Shown here one piece after another: positions 17,432 to 29,300 of a stretch of DNA of 62,933 bases. Location of the stretch: the IMG/VR virus record IMGVR_UViG_3300032282_004841, positions 1 to 62,933 of that record; one strand, written 5' to 3'. The notes below the pieces were generated by a model. The model did no database searches, was not told where the DNA came from, and saw nothing but the letters and a program-made list of their open reading frames with translations. The DNA is from a virus (lineage: Duplodnaviria; Caudoviricetes). The position numbers were made by a program, and so were the translations under genes. Position 1 is the stretch's first letter, and every line of letters begins with the position of its first letter.

Positions 17432-20392
17432 TTAGAAACCTCTTATATACATAGTTGTATTATTAATAATCAAACCTTTAGTTAATGGCATAGCTAAACT
17501 AGTAGAGTTGCTAAATGTTAAGTTGTTAGATATGTACATCGTAAAACTTTCTGGCAAATAAAACGATGAATATCCATTTATATACATAGACATAGTATTA
17601 CTTGTACTAGGAGTTCTTTCAATGTACATATTTAAACTTTGATTAAATGGCAAAGCCCCATTGCTTGTTTCTTCTGTTTTTATAGTTAAAATAAAAGTGT
17701 TTGATTTAATTCTAGTGTCATTTTGCAAAAACAATGTGCTTGAATTAGTACTGTATGAAAGTTCTGATCGTATAAACATATTAACATTTGCAATAAATTT
17801 AAAACTTTCTTGAGCTAGCATAAACAAGTTCATCGTAGAGCTAAATACTTGTCCTTCTATGTATAAAGATCTTCCTGCTATTATCTGTGTAAGACTGTCT
17901 ATGCCTAATGAATTTATATACAACGGCGTTGAATTAGTTACTTGTACAGGTTCTACAACTTTTATAAATAACGGAATTTTTTCATTTTTAGGATCTGCAC
18001 CAATATACAAGTTTGTCGTATTTGAGTATTCATTAAAACCTTTTATAAACAATGTTCTTATTGGACTTGAAGATGGATCTAATTGAGTTGAATGTCCATT
18101 TATAAACAATGTGGTTGATATGCTTTGTTCGCCATAAATAAATAATGTTGTGTTGCTATTTAAATCGGGCGATAATTGTAATACTAAAGGCAATCCAGGA
18201 TTCGTAGTTTCATAAGTATTTGCTGCGATTGTATACAATGTTGTTTTATTATTTAAGTTTGGCGATAGCTGCAATACTAATGGTAATCCTGGATTTGAAG
18301 TTTTATAAGTATCTATACCGCTTATAAATAATGTTTTAGATTCTAATATTCTAGCATCTGCTCTTAAAGTAATAGGTTCTGAAAAAAAAGTAGGAAGATA
18401 ACTAGTAGATGGTATATCAGAAACGCTTGTCGCTATGTTATTCCAGTTTATATTATCTTGTACTGGCGCTCCCAAAGAAAAAAATGTAAATTTAGCATTT
18501 CCAGAACCTGTAGATGTTATATTGTTTTCTGTTCCGTTATATTTTCCAAATTTTACTTTTGGCAATCCATAACTTCCAACCCCATAACTACCAACTATAA
18601 ATTTGTATATTCCTTCTATCCAATAGTTTGCAGTTTGTGAATAATATGAAAAGAATGGAGGTGGATCGGCTAACGGATTTTTATTTGTGTTTGCAACTAA
18701 ACATGTAAAATAAATTCCATCTATTAATACTATATCAAATACTATATAGCCAGAAGAAGAGTTCCAATTAGAACTATTGATTAATCCAATCGGTAAATCA
18801 TCACCTTCTATTTTTACAAAAGTATTATTAGTACTACTTAAATAAGATGTTAATTTAAATCTTTCATCTGAAAATTCAAATGTATTTTGTAATACATCAA
18901 CAGTAGAAGAGTTTAAAGTTAAATCAACCGAAAAATTCATAGGTTCTTTTAAAGATACATTTTTTTTAGCTTGTACTATAGATGTGCGTTCTTCACTTTC
19001 TTTGAACAAACTTATTGAATATGGAGGATAAGGAAGACTAACATATTGAGAAGAAATTGTTTTGTATTTATAAGAAATTATATCATTAGTAGAATAAGAA
19101 CCGTTTATGTCGTACTCGCCTAAATAATTAGGTCTTAATGCATAGTCAGGATTGGTATTTTTTCCTATCGTACTATTAAGAATAGGATATGAATAAATAA
19201 AATATTTAAATCTAAAGTCTATGCTTTCGCCTTCTAGCAAATTTCCAGTAAAATAAGCATCTATTGTAGCCTTTCCTTTTATAAATTTGGTATTTCCTCT
19301 AGGACCTACAAGACTCATATTTGCGACCTTGGTAGTAATATTTTTATTTACTATTTCTACCTCGAAATTATAAGTAGTATAACCAGTACTATAATTGTAA
19401 TAAGATCCATTTACTGTTTGTGTCCAATCAAATGACTGTATTCCATTTCCATCTAATATTGTTATTTCTATGGGTGGCTCTAAATAATTTTGCTGCTGAA
19501 AGCTTTTGTATAAATACGCAAAAGAAGGAACATTATCAAATTTTATAAAACATGGATAAGAATATTTTCTGCCATTACCATCAAAATAAATTTTTTGTAT
19601 TTCTTCTATTGGTATTGTTTCATTATAAAATCTTAAATCGTCTATGTTTAAATTTATTGGATTGGTATTGTCATACCCGCCCATATAGAATCTATTCATA
19701 GAAGTACCAAGAATTTGAGCTAGACTAAAGTAATTATTGTCAATTAATGTTGTGTATCTATATAAATCTACCATTCTTTGCAATTGATAATTGTATGTTT
19801 CTCCGTACTTATATTTCAAAGGATTAAAAACTTCTATTAGATTTGCATCTATGTAAAAACTAATTGGTTGATAGGAAACAGCTGCGCTTGCATCATATAT
19901 TGTATCTTGCGTTATTGTTATTAAATGCCAAGTGTCTGGCGAAAAGGTATTGGTTGCGCTTTGTATAAGCTTTACATATTTTGTAAGATCCCAAAGACTT
20001 CCGTTCTGAAGATATTGGTAATGCTGTAAGTAAAGTTTTAATGAATTGTTTTCTTGGTCAATGTCTATTTGTAATGCGTAATCAAAACCAGCGCTATCAT
20101 TCGTAGAATACATTCTTGCTATAGTCCCAGGATCTCCGCCATCTGTAGTTATAAACTTTACCCAAAAAGATATAGAAAATGTACTATTACTAGACACGCC
20201 ATAAGTTGATGGATCAAAATAAAATCCTAGAGCAGAAAGATCAAATCTAGATCTATAGCATCTCCCTAAATTTGTTAGTCCGTCTTCATAAGCTGCTAAA
20301 GGGGCAACAAAACCTCCGTTATATTGCAACGCTGTTTGGTTAAGATCGTCATATAAAGTATCTTCAAAAGAAAATATTCTGGAAATTGCCAT
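17432..20392 (-). CDS. LamG/ConA-like domain tail protein with C-terminal (TTL[FY]I.G)-type repeats
   Basis: FSISFWVKF, DTWHLITIT, FYIDA and IDDLRFYNETI..EEI..IY LamG motifs; repeated TTLFI/MNLFM/MSMYI strands. Confidence 0.7.
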   Translation of the reverse strand: MAISRIFSFEDTLYDDLNQTALQYNGGFVAPLAAYEDGLTNLGRCYRSRFDLSALGFYFDPSTYGVSSNSTFSISFWVKFITTDGGDPGTIARMYSTNDSAGFDYALQIDIDQENNSLKLYLQHYQYLQNGSLWDLTKYVKLIQSATNTFSPDTWHLITITQDTIYDASAAVSYQPISFYIDANLIEVFNPLKYKYGETYNYQLQRMVDLYRYTTLIDNNYFSLAQILGTSMNRFYMGGYDNTNPINLNIDDLRFYNETIPIEEIQKIYFDGNGRKYSYPCFIKFDNVPSFAYLYKSFQQQNYLEPPIEITILDGNGIQSFDWTQTVNGSYYNYSTGYTTYNFEVEIVNKNITTKVANMSLVGPRGNTKFIKGKATIDAYFTGNLLEGESIDFRFKYFIYSYPILNSTIGKNTNPDYALRPNYLGEYDINGSYSTNDIISYKYKTISSQYVSLPYPPYSISLFKESEERTSIVQAKKNVSLKEPMNFSVDLTLNSSTVDVLQNTFEFSDERFKLTSYLSSTNNTFVKIEGDDLPIGLINSSNWNSSSGYIVFDIVLIDGIYFTCLVANTNKNPLADPPPFFSYYSQTANYWIEGIYKFIVGSYGVGSYGLPKVKFGKYNGTENNITSTGSGNAKFTFFSLGAPVQDNINWNNIATSVSDIPSTSYLPTFFSEPITLRADARILESKTLFISGIDTYKTSNPGLPLVLQLSPNLNNKTTLYTIAANTYETTNPGLPLVLQLSPDLNSNTTLFIYGEQSISTTLFINGHSTQLDPSSSPIRTLFIKGFNEYSNTTNLYIGADPKNEKIPLFIKVVEPVQVTNSTPLYINSLGIDSLTQIIAGRSLYIEGQVFSSTMNLFMLAQESFKFIANVNMFIRSELSYSTNSSTLFLQNDTRIKSNTFILTIKTEETSNGALPFNQSLNMYIERTPSTSNTMSMYINGYSSFYLPESFTMYISNNLTFSNSTSLAMPLTKGLIINNTTMYIRGF
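18148..18309 (-). repeat. 90-nt period tandem duplication within LamG gene
   Basis: YKTSNPGLPLVLQLSPNLNNKTTL vs YETTNPGLPLVLQLSPDLNSNTTL. Confidence 0.8.
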
Positions 20393-23300
20393 TATGCGTT
20401 CCTTATATCTCGTATGTCTAGTTTTCCTTCACTAACATCATTTAGTCTTCCTGTTATATCACTTACGGCTTTTCCAACTGCGGTAGTAATATCTTTTGCA
20501 AAATCAGGAGAATCTATTGTAACGGTTGCCTGATTATTTACAGTTATATTTCCTGTTATATTGTCAGGTATATTTACCTTAGATAATTTATCCATCGTTC
20601 CTTCTAATTTATTTACAGACTTCTCCATTTTTGCCATACTTGTTTCAAATGATTTTGCTGCTTTATTAAATTCTCTAGCAGCATTATTAAGGCTGTCAAC
20701 ATCCATGCTGTTAGCGCTTTGACTATTTGCAACATTGTTCATTTTATCAAATACGCTTGCTCTAGGACTACCAACTGCGCCACCGTCATAAAACCTTTGT
20801 GGTTTTCTCATCTTTTCAAGATTGCCAAGACCAATCCTGTTTACTGCATGTCTCGGCATTACAAATTCACCAGCAGACAAGAAAGCTGGAATTGTATCTC
20901 CGTCTGAAGCTCCGTTTACATGTCCACCTTGTTCAAACCTTCTTGGTCTTCCTATCATATCCGCTATCGTATGCTCTATTAGTTTTGGATTTTCACCTTC
21001 TTTTGGCTTAAATCTTAAATCAAGATAATCTTTTTCTTTAATATTTGGATTAAAATATTCAGCCCTTGCAGTTATAGCTGTATGAACTGGGCTTCCGTCT
21101 TCGTCTTTTGTTCCGTACTCTTTCATAAAATCACCCGCATTTAACATTGGTTTGATTGTAGCTTTTGGATTTTTTATTTGTTTTAAAGGATCATTAATTT
21201 GCTGTTTATTTTTTTGTCTTATGACTTGCCCATTTATCGATGAACCAAGCGCACCTCTATCTTTGTTTAATTGGTCTAAAGACTCTTGTATATTTGTAAC
21301 ATCTTGATTTCTTAAAAAAGTATCTTGTTGATTAAAAATTTTACCTATTTCTCCAAAATAATTTGCATTATTAAAATCTTCATTTGGTCCAGAAAATCCT
21401 TTTATTTTTTGATTTTTTAATTTGTCCATAAATTCTTTTGCTATGTCTGAATCTAAAGTATTGTTAAAACCTTTTTTAAAATGTTTCATTCCAGTCAAAT
21501 AAGTTTTGTCAATTTCTTTATTATCTTTTAATAATTTTGGTATTTCATTAGGGCTAAATATTTTACCTTTTGCGCTTTTTTCAAATTCTTCACCTCTTTG
21601 ACCAAGTTTTTTTTGGCCTTTTCTTTTTATAGTGTCTAATTTATTTGCGATTTCATTGACCCTATCACCAGCTGCATAATATCCAACGGCTCCGCCATCT
21701 GCATAACCCTTTGGAGCAACAGACTTAACTTTCTGCAATTCTTCTGGAGCCTCAAACATTTTTAATATTTCTGGAGAAAAAGTCTCTGTTCTTTTTTGAA
21801 AATCTGTTACCGCACTTAATTTTTTCGTCATCATTTCTGGTAACGCTGTTTGCAATTTTTGCATTTCATTTGGATCTTGATATTTGCGTTTTTTTAAAGC
21901 TTTTTGCACTTTTTGCATATCGTTAGGATTTGGCATAGCCGTTTTAAGTTTTTGTATTTTGCTAAAATCTATTTCCCCTCCATCAGCATAATAACCAACC
22001 GAACCGCCAGAAGCGAGATGTTGCAAAAGAGAAGCATTTTCTGTTGATGATTTAGCATTAACTACGAAAGAACCTGTTTCCAATCGTGCGTAAACAGTAT
22101 CTGTATTTGCAGAAGGAATTCCTTTTGGATTTGGAGCATGATCAGGAACTGTAAATGATGCTTGACCCCCAAGACTAAGATGTTTTACTTTTCCACCGCT
22201 ATTTATATGACTTAAAAGACCTGGACTTCTGCTTTCTATTTGTGCAACTTTTCTTGGAGAAAAAACCTTTTCTTTTGGAGTTAACATAGTATCTATACTG
22301 CCACCACCATTACGATAAGCTACTGGACCGCCAGAGCTAGCATTAATAGGAATCCATTCAAAATCGCCCATTCCGCCATTACCTTGTTTTCTTACTGGCT
22401 TATGAGTAAATTCTTTTGGAGGAACAATGCTTAATGCTTCTTTTCCCCCTAATGGGAATCCCGATCTTGACCAACCATCTGGAAGTTTAATATCATAACC
22501 AATCTTATTAGAAACCATTTTTCTAAATGCTGTCCGTGTCTCTACATATTCAAAAGCACTATTAAGATCTGGCTCTTCTGCGTTCACTCTTTTTGCAGCA
22601 TCTTTAATTGATTTATCTGCTGATACACTAACTTTTGATCGATAATCATAAATTTGTTGATATATTGATTTTAAATCTTCTACTTGTTTTTCTTTTCCCG
22701 CTGCCATCAAACCAGGATTTTCTACGCCATTTTTATCTGTAACAGTACCATTGCCATATTGACCAAAGAAATCCATTTCAATATCACGCTGCGAAATATC
22801 CCACCAGCTTGTAGCATTATAACCCTTGGGAGTATCGCCTAAATATTTTTTTCCGCTAAAAGCTCCGGTTTTTGTCGGCCATATGACTGTATCTGGATCA
22901 AAATTAAGAGCCACGGGCTTGGCTTCTTCCGCTGGAATTGGAATCACAGGAGGCTTCGCCTGTTCCGCTGGCACTGCAACTACAGGCTTCGCTTTTTCCT
23001 CTGCTATTACTTTTGCTGCCTCCGCAGGTTTTTCTTTTTTATTTCTCTCTAAAAAGTCTTGTACCGCTATATTCTTAGATCCTTGTGGAGCTTTTTGTAT
23101 TTTATCCCTTATAAAGCTTTCTAATACTGCCTGATCTCTTTTAACCTTCTCGTAAACTGGAATAGAGAATTCGTTTCTATATGATAAATTTTTGCCTATA
23201 TAATCCATGTCATTTGCAATAATATCAATTTGATCATAGATATTATGATAATCTTTATTTTTTGATTGATAGTCATGCTTGCCCATTGATTGATCAATCA

Positions 23301-26300
23301 TTCGTTTGTTAGGTGGATCTCCAGCATGTATAAGATCGTCATCAGCGCCTTGCCATTTTATTCCAACAGCTTGATTATAAGTTTTATATAACTTCATCAA
23401 TCGATTCATATCTTTGCTAGGTTCGGTATAAATTTCTGGACTTTCTTTTTTTACTTCTCCCCTAACTTTTCTAGCTATAAGCATTGCTGCTTCACGATCC
23501 ATCTTAGCAGCTAGTTCAATATTTTTATTTTGTATAGTCCTAGCGAAATCTTCTGTGTCATTAAAACCAAATCTTCTTTCGTTTACAGAATCGTAATATT
23601 CCTGTAATGCCATAATAGCTGGATTTAAAACAGGTATGTTTTCATCGGCATATGCTTTTAAAGATACAGATGATAGCTTTTTTACATCGCCAAGTTTTGA
23701 TATGTCAACTTGTTTAAGAAAATCGCTATAAACTAATGGATCGTTAAAATCCATTTCTGGTTTTTTATGAGAAGCTATTGTTTTTGCTATTTGAGTGTGC
23801 AGTCTTTGTGCAATAGGATCAGTATCACCACTTTGAACTTGAGCTTTTTTGAACGCCATCATTTTTTTAATATCGTTTTCTTTTCCGCCAAATGCCTTAA
23901 CATTTTCATAATCAAGTTTTTTTCCTTGTAAATCTTTTGGATTAGTATGTCTAATAGCTTCAGAAAAAAGATCTTCTTTTAAACGACCAGCCTCGTCTAT
24001 TCTATTCTTTCTATTTAGCGCTGTTTGGTTTTCCATTTCTACATTTTTTATAGCTTGCGCTTCTTGCATAGCAATAGTAGGTCTAGCTATAGGCGCTGCT
24101 TCTGCTTCTGGTGTAAATTCTCCTTTAAATCCTTGCACTGGGAATGGAAGTTTATCATCTGGCAATCTTGGATTTTTTATTCTTGCGTATAAATTTTCAT
24201 TACTTTTTGCTAGTTTTGCATCAACACCCTTTAGAGGTATACCTTTTTCCAAGCTTGATTCTGCTTCTATTTCTGCGCTTACCTTCTTTTTTATATTCTC
24301 TATATTTTGTGCTAGTGCTTTGTTTTTTTGTTCTCTAGCTTGTTTTATCAAGTCTATTAATATGTCGGATTCTTGTTGGTTTGTATTTGTTTCTCCTGAA
24401 ATTTCTGTTCCTGTTAATGGATCTATTGAAGGTAATTTAAAGCCACCCATTCCGGCTCTGTGTCTAAGTTCATTTATTTTAAGGTTATTTATTAAATGAT
24501 CAGCGCCTTCTTCTGATAGTCCTCCTAATCCAACTTGACCAGCCGAACTAACTTCAAATCCTTGATTTTTAGTACTTGAAATTATATTAGGAGCGCTACC
24601 ATAACTACCTCCAACTTTTCTCCAAGTATCTCTTAAGCCATATACGCCCATGCCTTTTATATCATTGCTAACCGATTCATCTATTTCATTACCATAAGAG
24701 AATGGATATCGTGGAGTAATATCTTTTAAGTGATGAAAAAATTCATCTTCATAATCAAATTTATTTGCATCTTCTGTTATCTGTTTTAATGATGCTGCCG
24801 GAGCGCTAATATCTTTCCATGTATCTTTAGAATAAGTAAGTTTTCCTACTATATCTTGAGCCATACTTTCATTCTTACTTAATTTTCGACCTTCTGCATT
24901 TACATAAGCTAAATCACTAACAGCCCTTTCAAACTCAAGCCTTATGTCTGCAATAGTGTATTTTACATCATTTATGTCATCTACTTCTGATCTTCCTTCT
25001 TTATTATTTTTTCTGTCTGGCCTAATTTTATTTAAATGTTTTTCGTAGCCTTCAAATTGAAAACCTTCTGGCATCTTAAGATCTGTAAGATTATATTTTT
25101 CTTTTATTTTTGATTTTTTTTCTTTGTATTCTTTTGATTCTTCCATCTTTTTTATGTTTGCCAAGAGAAGATCTTTTTTATCCTGTATATTTTTTGGGCT
25201 AGATGGTTTCATCATCAAATCAATATCTTCTTTGCTAATCGGATTTACGCCTTCTGATACTGATACAAAATTTCTAGGAAACTTTATTGGTTGATTTGTA
25301 CCAGACTCAAACTTTTTAAAAGCTTCCCAAGCAATATCTTCTGCATCGTTTGAATAGTCTGCGTTTTTTTCTCCAAATGTGTCTATAAAATCTTTTCTAT
25401 TAAAAATACCATCTCTATCTTTATATGGATATGAACTATATTGCGTTATTACGCTTTGTTTTTTTACAGAAGAACCAGTCATAGATGCTCTATTATTAGC
25501 AATTCTCGCTCTTTCTTCTAAGGTTTCACGCCTACTTTTATCTATGTCTGCTTGAGTTAGTCTGCCTCCTACATCAAAATAGCCAACCTTATGGCCCTTA
25601 TTCATAGCTTCCAATTCTGGTCTATTATTTCTAGCAGCCCCCTCATTCATCACAAACTCGCCCTTACTAAGCAAGGTTGGATACTTATCCCTTTGGGCGA
25701 TATCTTTAGTTGGATTGTTATATATAGAACCACCCATTGATCTTCCGATAAAACCGCCATTTGCTTTTTCTTCTGGTTTTTTTAATCTTTTTTGTAAATC
25801 TTCAATGGCTTTTGTTAACAGATCTATTGCTTTTGGCAATTTATCTATTGATGTATTTGCATTTCTTAATTTTTCAGCTACTAAAAGAAGACCAACAAGT
25901 TCATCACCTCTTTGAATACCATTCAATCCACCTGGCATTTGCCTGTTTTCAACATCTTTAGTTGATGCGGGTTGAAATTGACCAACTTGTTCAGGTGAAA
26001 AAGGACCTGAAGCTACTTTTATTTTAAGCTCTAAAGCCTTTATTTTATCTTCAACATCTTTTCTTGCAGCAAAAACAGAACCTCTATTTTTAGGGTCGTT
26101 TAAAACCGGAGTTGAAAGTCCGCCAAAACTAGTTGCAAATCCTTTTTTTTGTTCGTTTAAATCTGTAGATAAAGCATCTCTTGAATTTGTTTTGTTTTCT
26201 GCTCTTTGAAGAAAAGGTAAAAATTCTTTATAGTTTTTTAATTTTGCGTTATCATCTGCTATATTTTGTAAATTTTCTTGTGCGAATACTTTAGGAAATT

Positions 26301-29300
26301 CTTTTTCTCTGTTTTGTTTGTTTTCACCTTTTCCGATTATTTCTGTGTAGTTTTTAAAATTTGGATCTTTTTCAATCGCTTTTAAATTATCTTGTGCAAT
26401 TTTATCTACGCCAATTTGCCCAGTAACACCTCTATTAAATTCTGTTATTAATAAATTTTTAAGTTCTTTTATAAAATCATTATTTACACCTTTTAATTTG
26501 TCAATCTGTAAAGCATTTTCCGTTTTAATTAATTTGGCATATAATTCCGCTGCTTCTTTTTGTTTTATAGTTATCTCTTTAATGTCCTGTAAAGCCTGAT
26601 CTATTTTTTTATTCTCTTCTCCAACTGGTACTCCTTGTCCTCCAGCTGCCCTTTCTAGCGCCACTTGTCTTACCTGTTCACCTGTTTTTCCACCAAGTTC
26701 AGGGAGTTTTATATTTCCATACAATTTTGTGTATTCAAAAAAAGCTTTTCTCTGTTTAAGAGACATGTCTTCTAAATTTGCACCACCAGCAACTTGTTCA
26801 GCAGCTTCTTTTCCTCTTCGTAAATTCCTTTTTCCGGCCCTATCCATAGTTAATAGATTTTCAGTTACTGATAATTTATTTTCTCTGTCTTTTTCAGCTT
26901 TGGTAAGTCTAGATTCAGCTTCTGCCAATGTAACCGTTTCATCTCTAAGATTTCTTAGTGCATCACCAAGCGAAGACACTACATTTCTAAGATTGTCATT
27001 TTTTTCTGCTATGCCTCTAGCTTTTTCTCTAGCATCAACATTAGAACTTGCTAAATCAGCATTGCTAGCTTGTAATTCTTTATCGGATTCTTCTAATGCT
27101 TCAGCTGCTTTTTTAATATTGTCAAATATGGTTTTAGGATCTTGTATACCTCCTACTTCCATTTTTCCAGCAGTAATATTTTGCTGTCTTTCAACAAAAG
27201 GAGCTATTCTTTGTTCTTTGGTTAGAAAATCTTCTGGATTTCCCCTTACTGCTCTTGCTTGTATAGCAGCATTAGCCTTGTTTACAGATAAAGATTTGTC
27301 AGATATTTTATCAAATTCTTGTATGTATTTTTTTTGTTCTTCTGATATTCTTCTGAGTCCAGATATATATGATTGTGTAACCTGATTAAGCGCTTGGGAA
27401 TTTGATTGCAATAAACCTTCGTACTCAGCTATTGTTTGCCCTAAAGCTTCCTTTGTTATTTTATCTCCGGTAACGCCACCTTTTTTAATATCTGTTTCTT
27501 TAGTTTCTAATACATTCTTAAATAAATCAAATAAATCTTGTTGAGTAGAAGTAAACTTTCCTCCCTGTGGTTTTAGTTTTTCTTTTAAGTTTTGTTCTGT
27601 TAAATTAGCTAAATTTCCGCCAAGATTATCTTTATTTTTTTCTTTTGCAGCATCAAACGCTGATGGTAATTCTAACACAAATGCGTTTAATTCTTTGGCT
27701 TGATTTTTTACTGAATCTCCTAATTCTCCAAAAGAAATAAAAACTTTATCTGCTTCTTTATTAAATAATTCGGAATCTGTTCCTATTTTTAACCTACTAG
27801 TATTTTGCTGTACTTTAAATTCAGATCTTCCTTCTAATTTATCACTAAAATTACCCATTGATTCGGAAATGTTTTTAAATGATTCAGATGCTAAATTTAC
27901 AGAATTAGACAATGTATTTATTCTTAGTGTTATTTTTTCATGAACTATAACCAAATTCTTTTGAGCTTCTTCTAATTTTTTTGCAGTAATAGCAGAACTT
28001 GCCAATGTTAATGCGTGTTTTTGAACTTCTATTGCTGATTTCCCACTCGCTACCCCAAGACTTTCTATCGCTAATTGTCCATATGTAGTTTGTTTGAATT
28101 CATTAAATATATCAGAACTTTTTCTTTGATCATCGGGCTTAACCATATTGGCAATTGCATTAGACAATTCTTCTGATATTGCTCCTAAATTAGATCCGAA
28201 TTTTTCAAGAGATTTAGCCCTTACTTCTTCCTCTAGTTTTGCTCCTGAAAATCCTTCTGAGGCTGCTGTTTTTCTAATGTCAAAAACAGTTGCTCTAACA
28301 TCGGTAAATGCAGCAGTACCCTTTTGTTCTCTTTCTAATCCTGAAAAATTCTTTAGTTCAACTAATTTTTCACTAGTAGATTTTGCTTGTTTATCAACTT
28401 GAAGTTTTAATAATTCTAATTGTGCTTTCTTTACAGCGCTTCCAAATCCTAGTAAGAAAGCTGTCGCACCACCAATAACAGCGAGAAAAGGTCCAGCAAC
28501 AGGAATCATACTTAAGGCTATTGCAGTTGTTGCTGCTTGATTTATTCCCTCTCCAACACCAGATGAATAAATATTTCTATTTGCACTTACTAATCCTTTA
28601 TCAACATCTTCAGCTGTTCCTGCGGTGCTTGCTATGTATTGTCCTCCTATAGCCAATCCAGCACCAGCAACACCAGCACCTATTCTTCCTAATCTGCTAT
28701 TTCTTAAGGCAGCAAAAGTTCCTGTTATTCCACCACCACCTCTACGCATTTCTTCTGCGAATTCATTTCCGGCACTTACTAAAGTATCCTCAATACTTCT
28801 AATAGTTAATTTTAATTTTCCAATTGCTGTTGATCCAACTTTTAACTCTTGCGACACGCCTCTCATTGATTGATCTACATTTTTTCCGCTGTCTACTATG
28901 TCTTGTTCTAATGACACTAATCCAAGTAATTTTCCTTCGCTATCTTTCGCTAATTTTGCATTCTGTTGCATCGCTACAGTAAATTTTTCAACAGCCATTT
29001 CCGCAAGAACTTCTTGATCTGTTATGCCTGTCGTTATTCGAAGTTGTTCTCCTATAGCTAATATAAGTTGTTTTCTTAATTTAGATTCTTCTTCAGCAGC
29101 CAATCTTATTTTTGTAACAGATGCAATATTCTCTCCATCTCCACTCGGAGAAATCTTGACAGCTTTTTCTCTTGCTCTATTTCTTATTTCGTCAGATATG
29201 TTTATTTTTTCATTTTTTGCATAGTCATAATCTTTGCCCTTTCCTACTTCTATCGTTGAGCCAGTTCCTATTTTTGTTCTGCTCTGTATATCCCCTGTAG

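Noticed and set aside
26480-26492. GGTGTAA copies inside CDS (also ~51900)
   Set aside because: Deep within coding regions, encoding G-V-N/K; treated as chance matches
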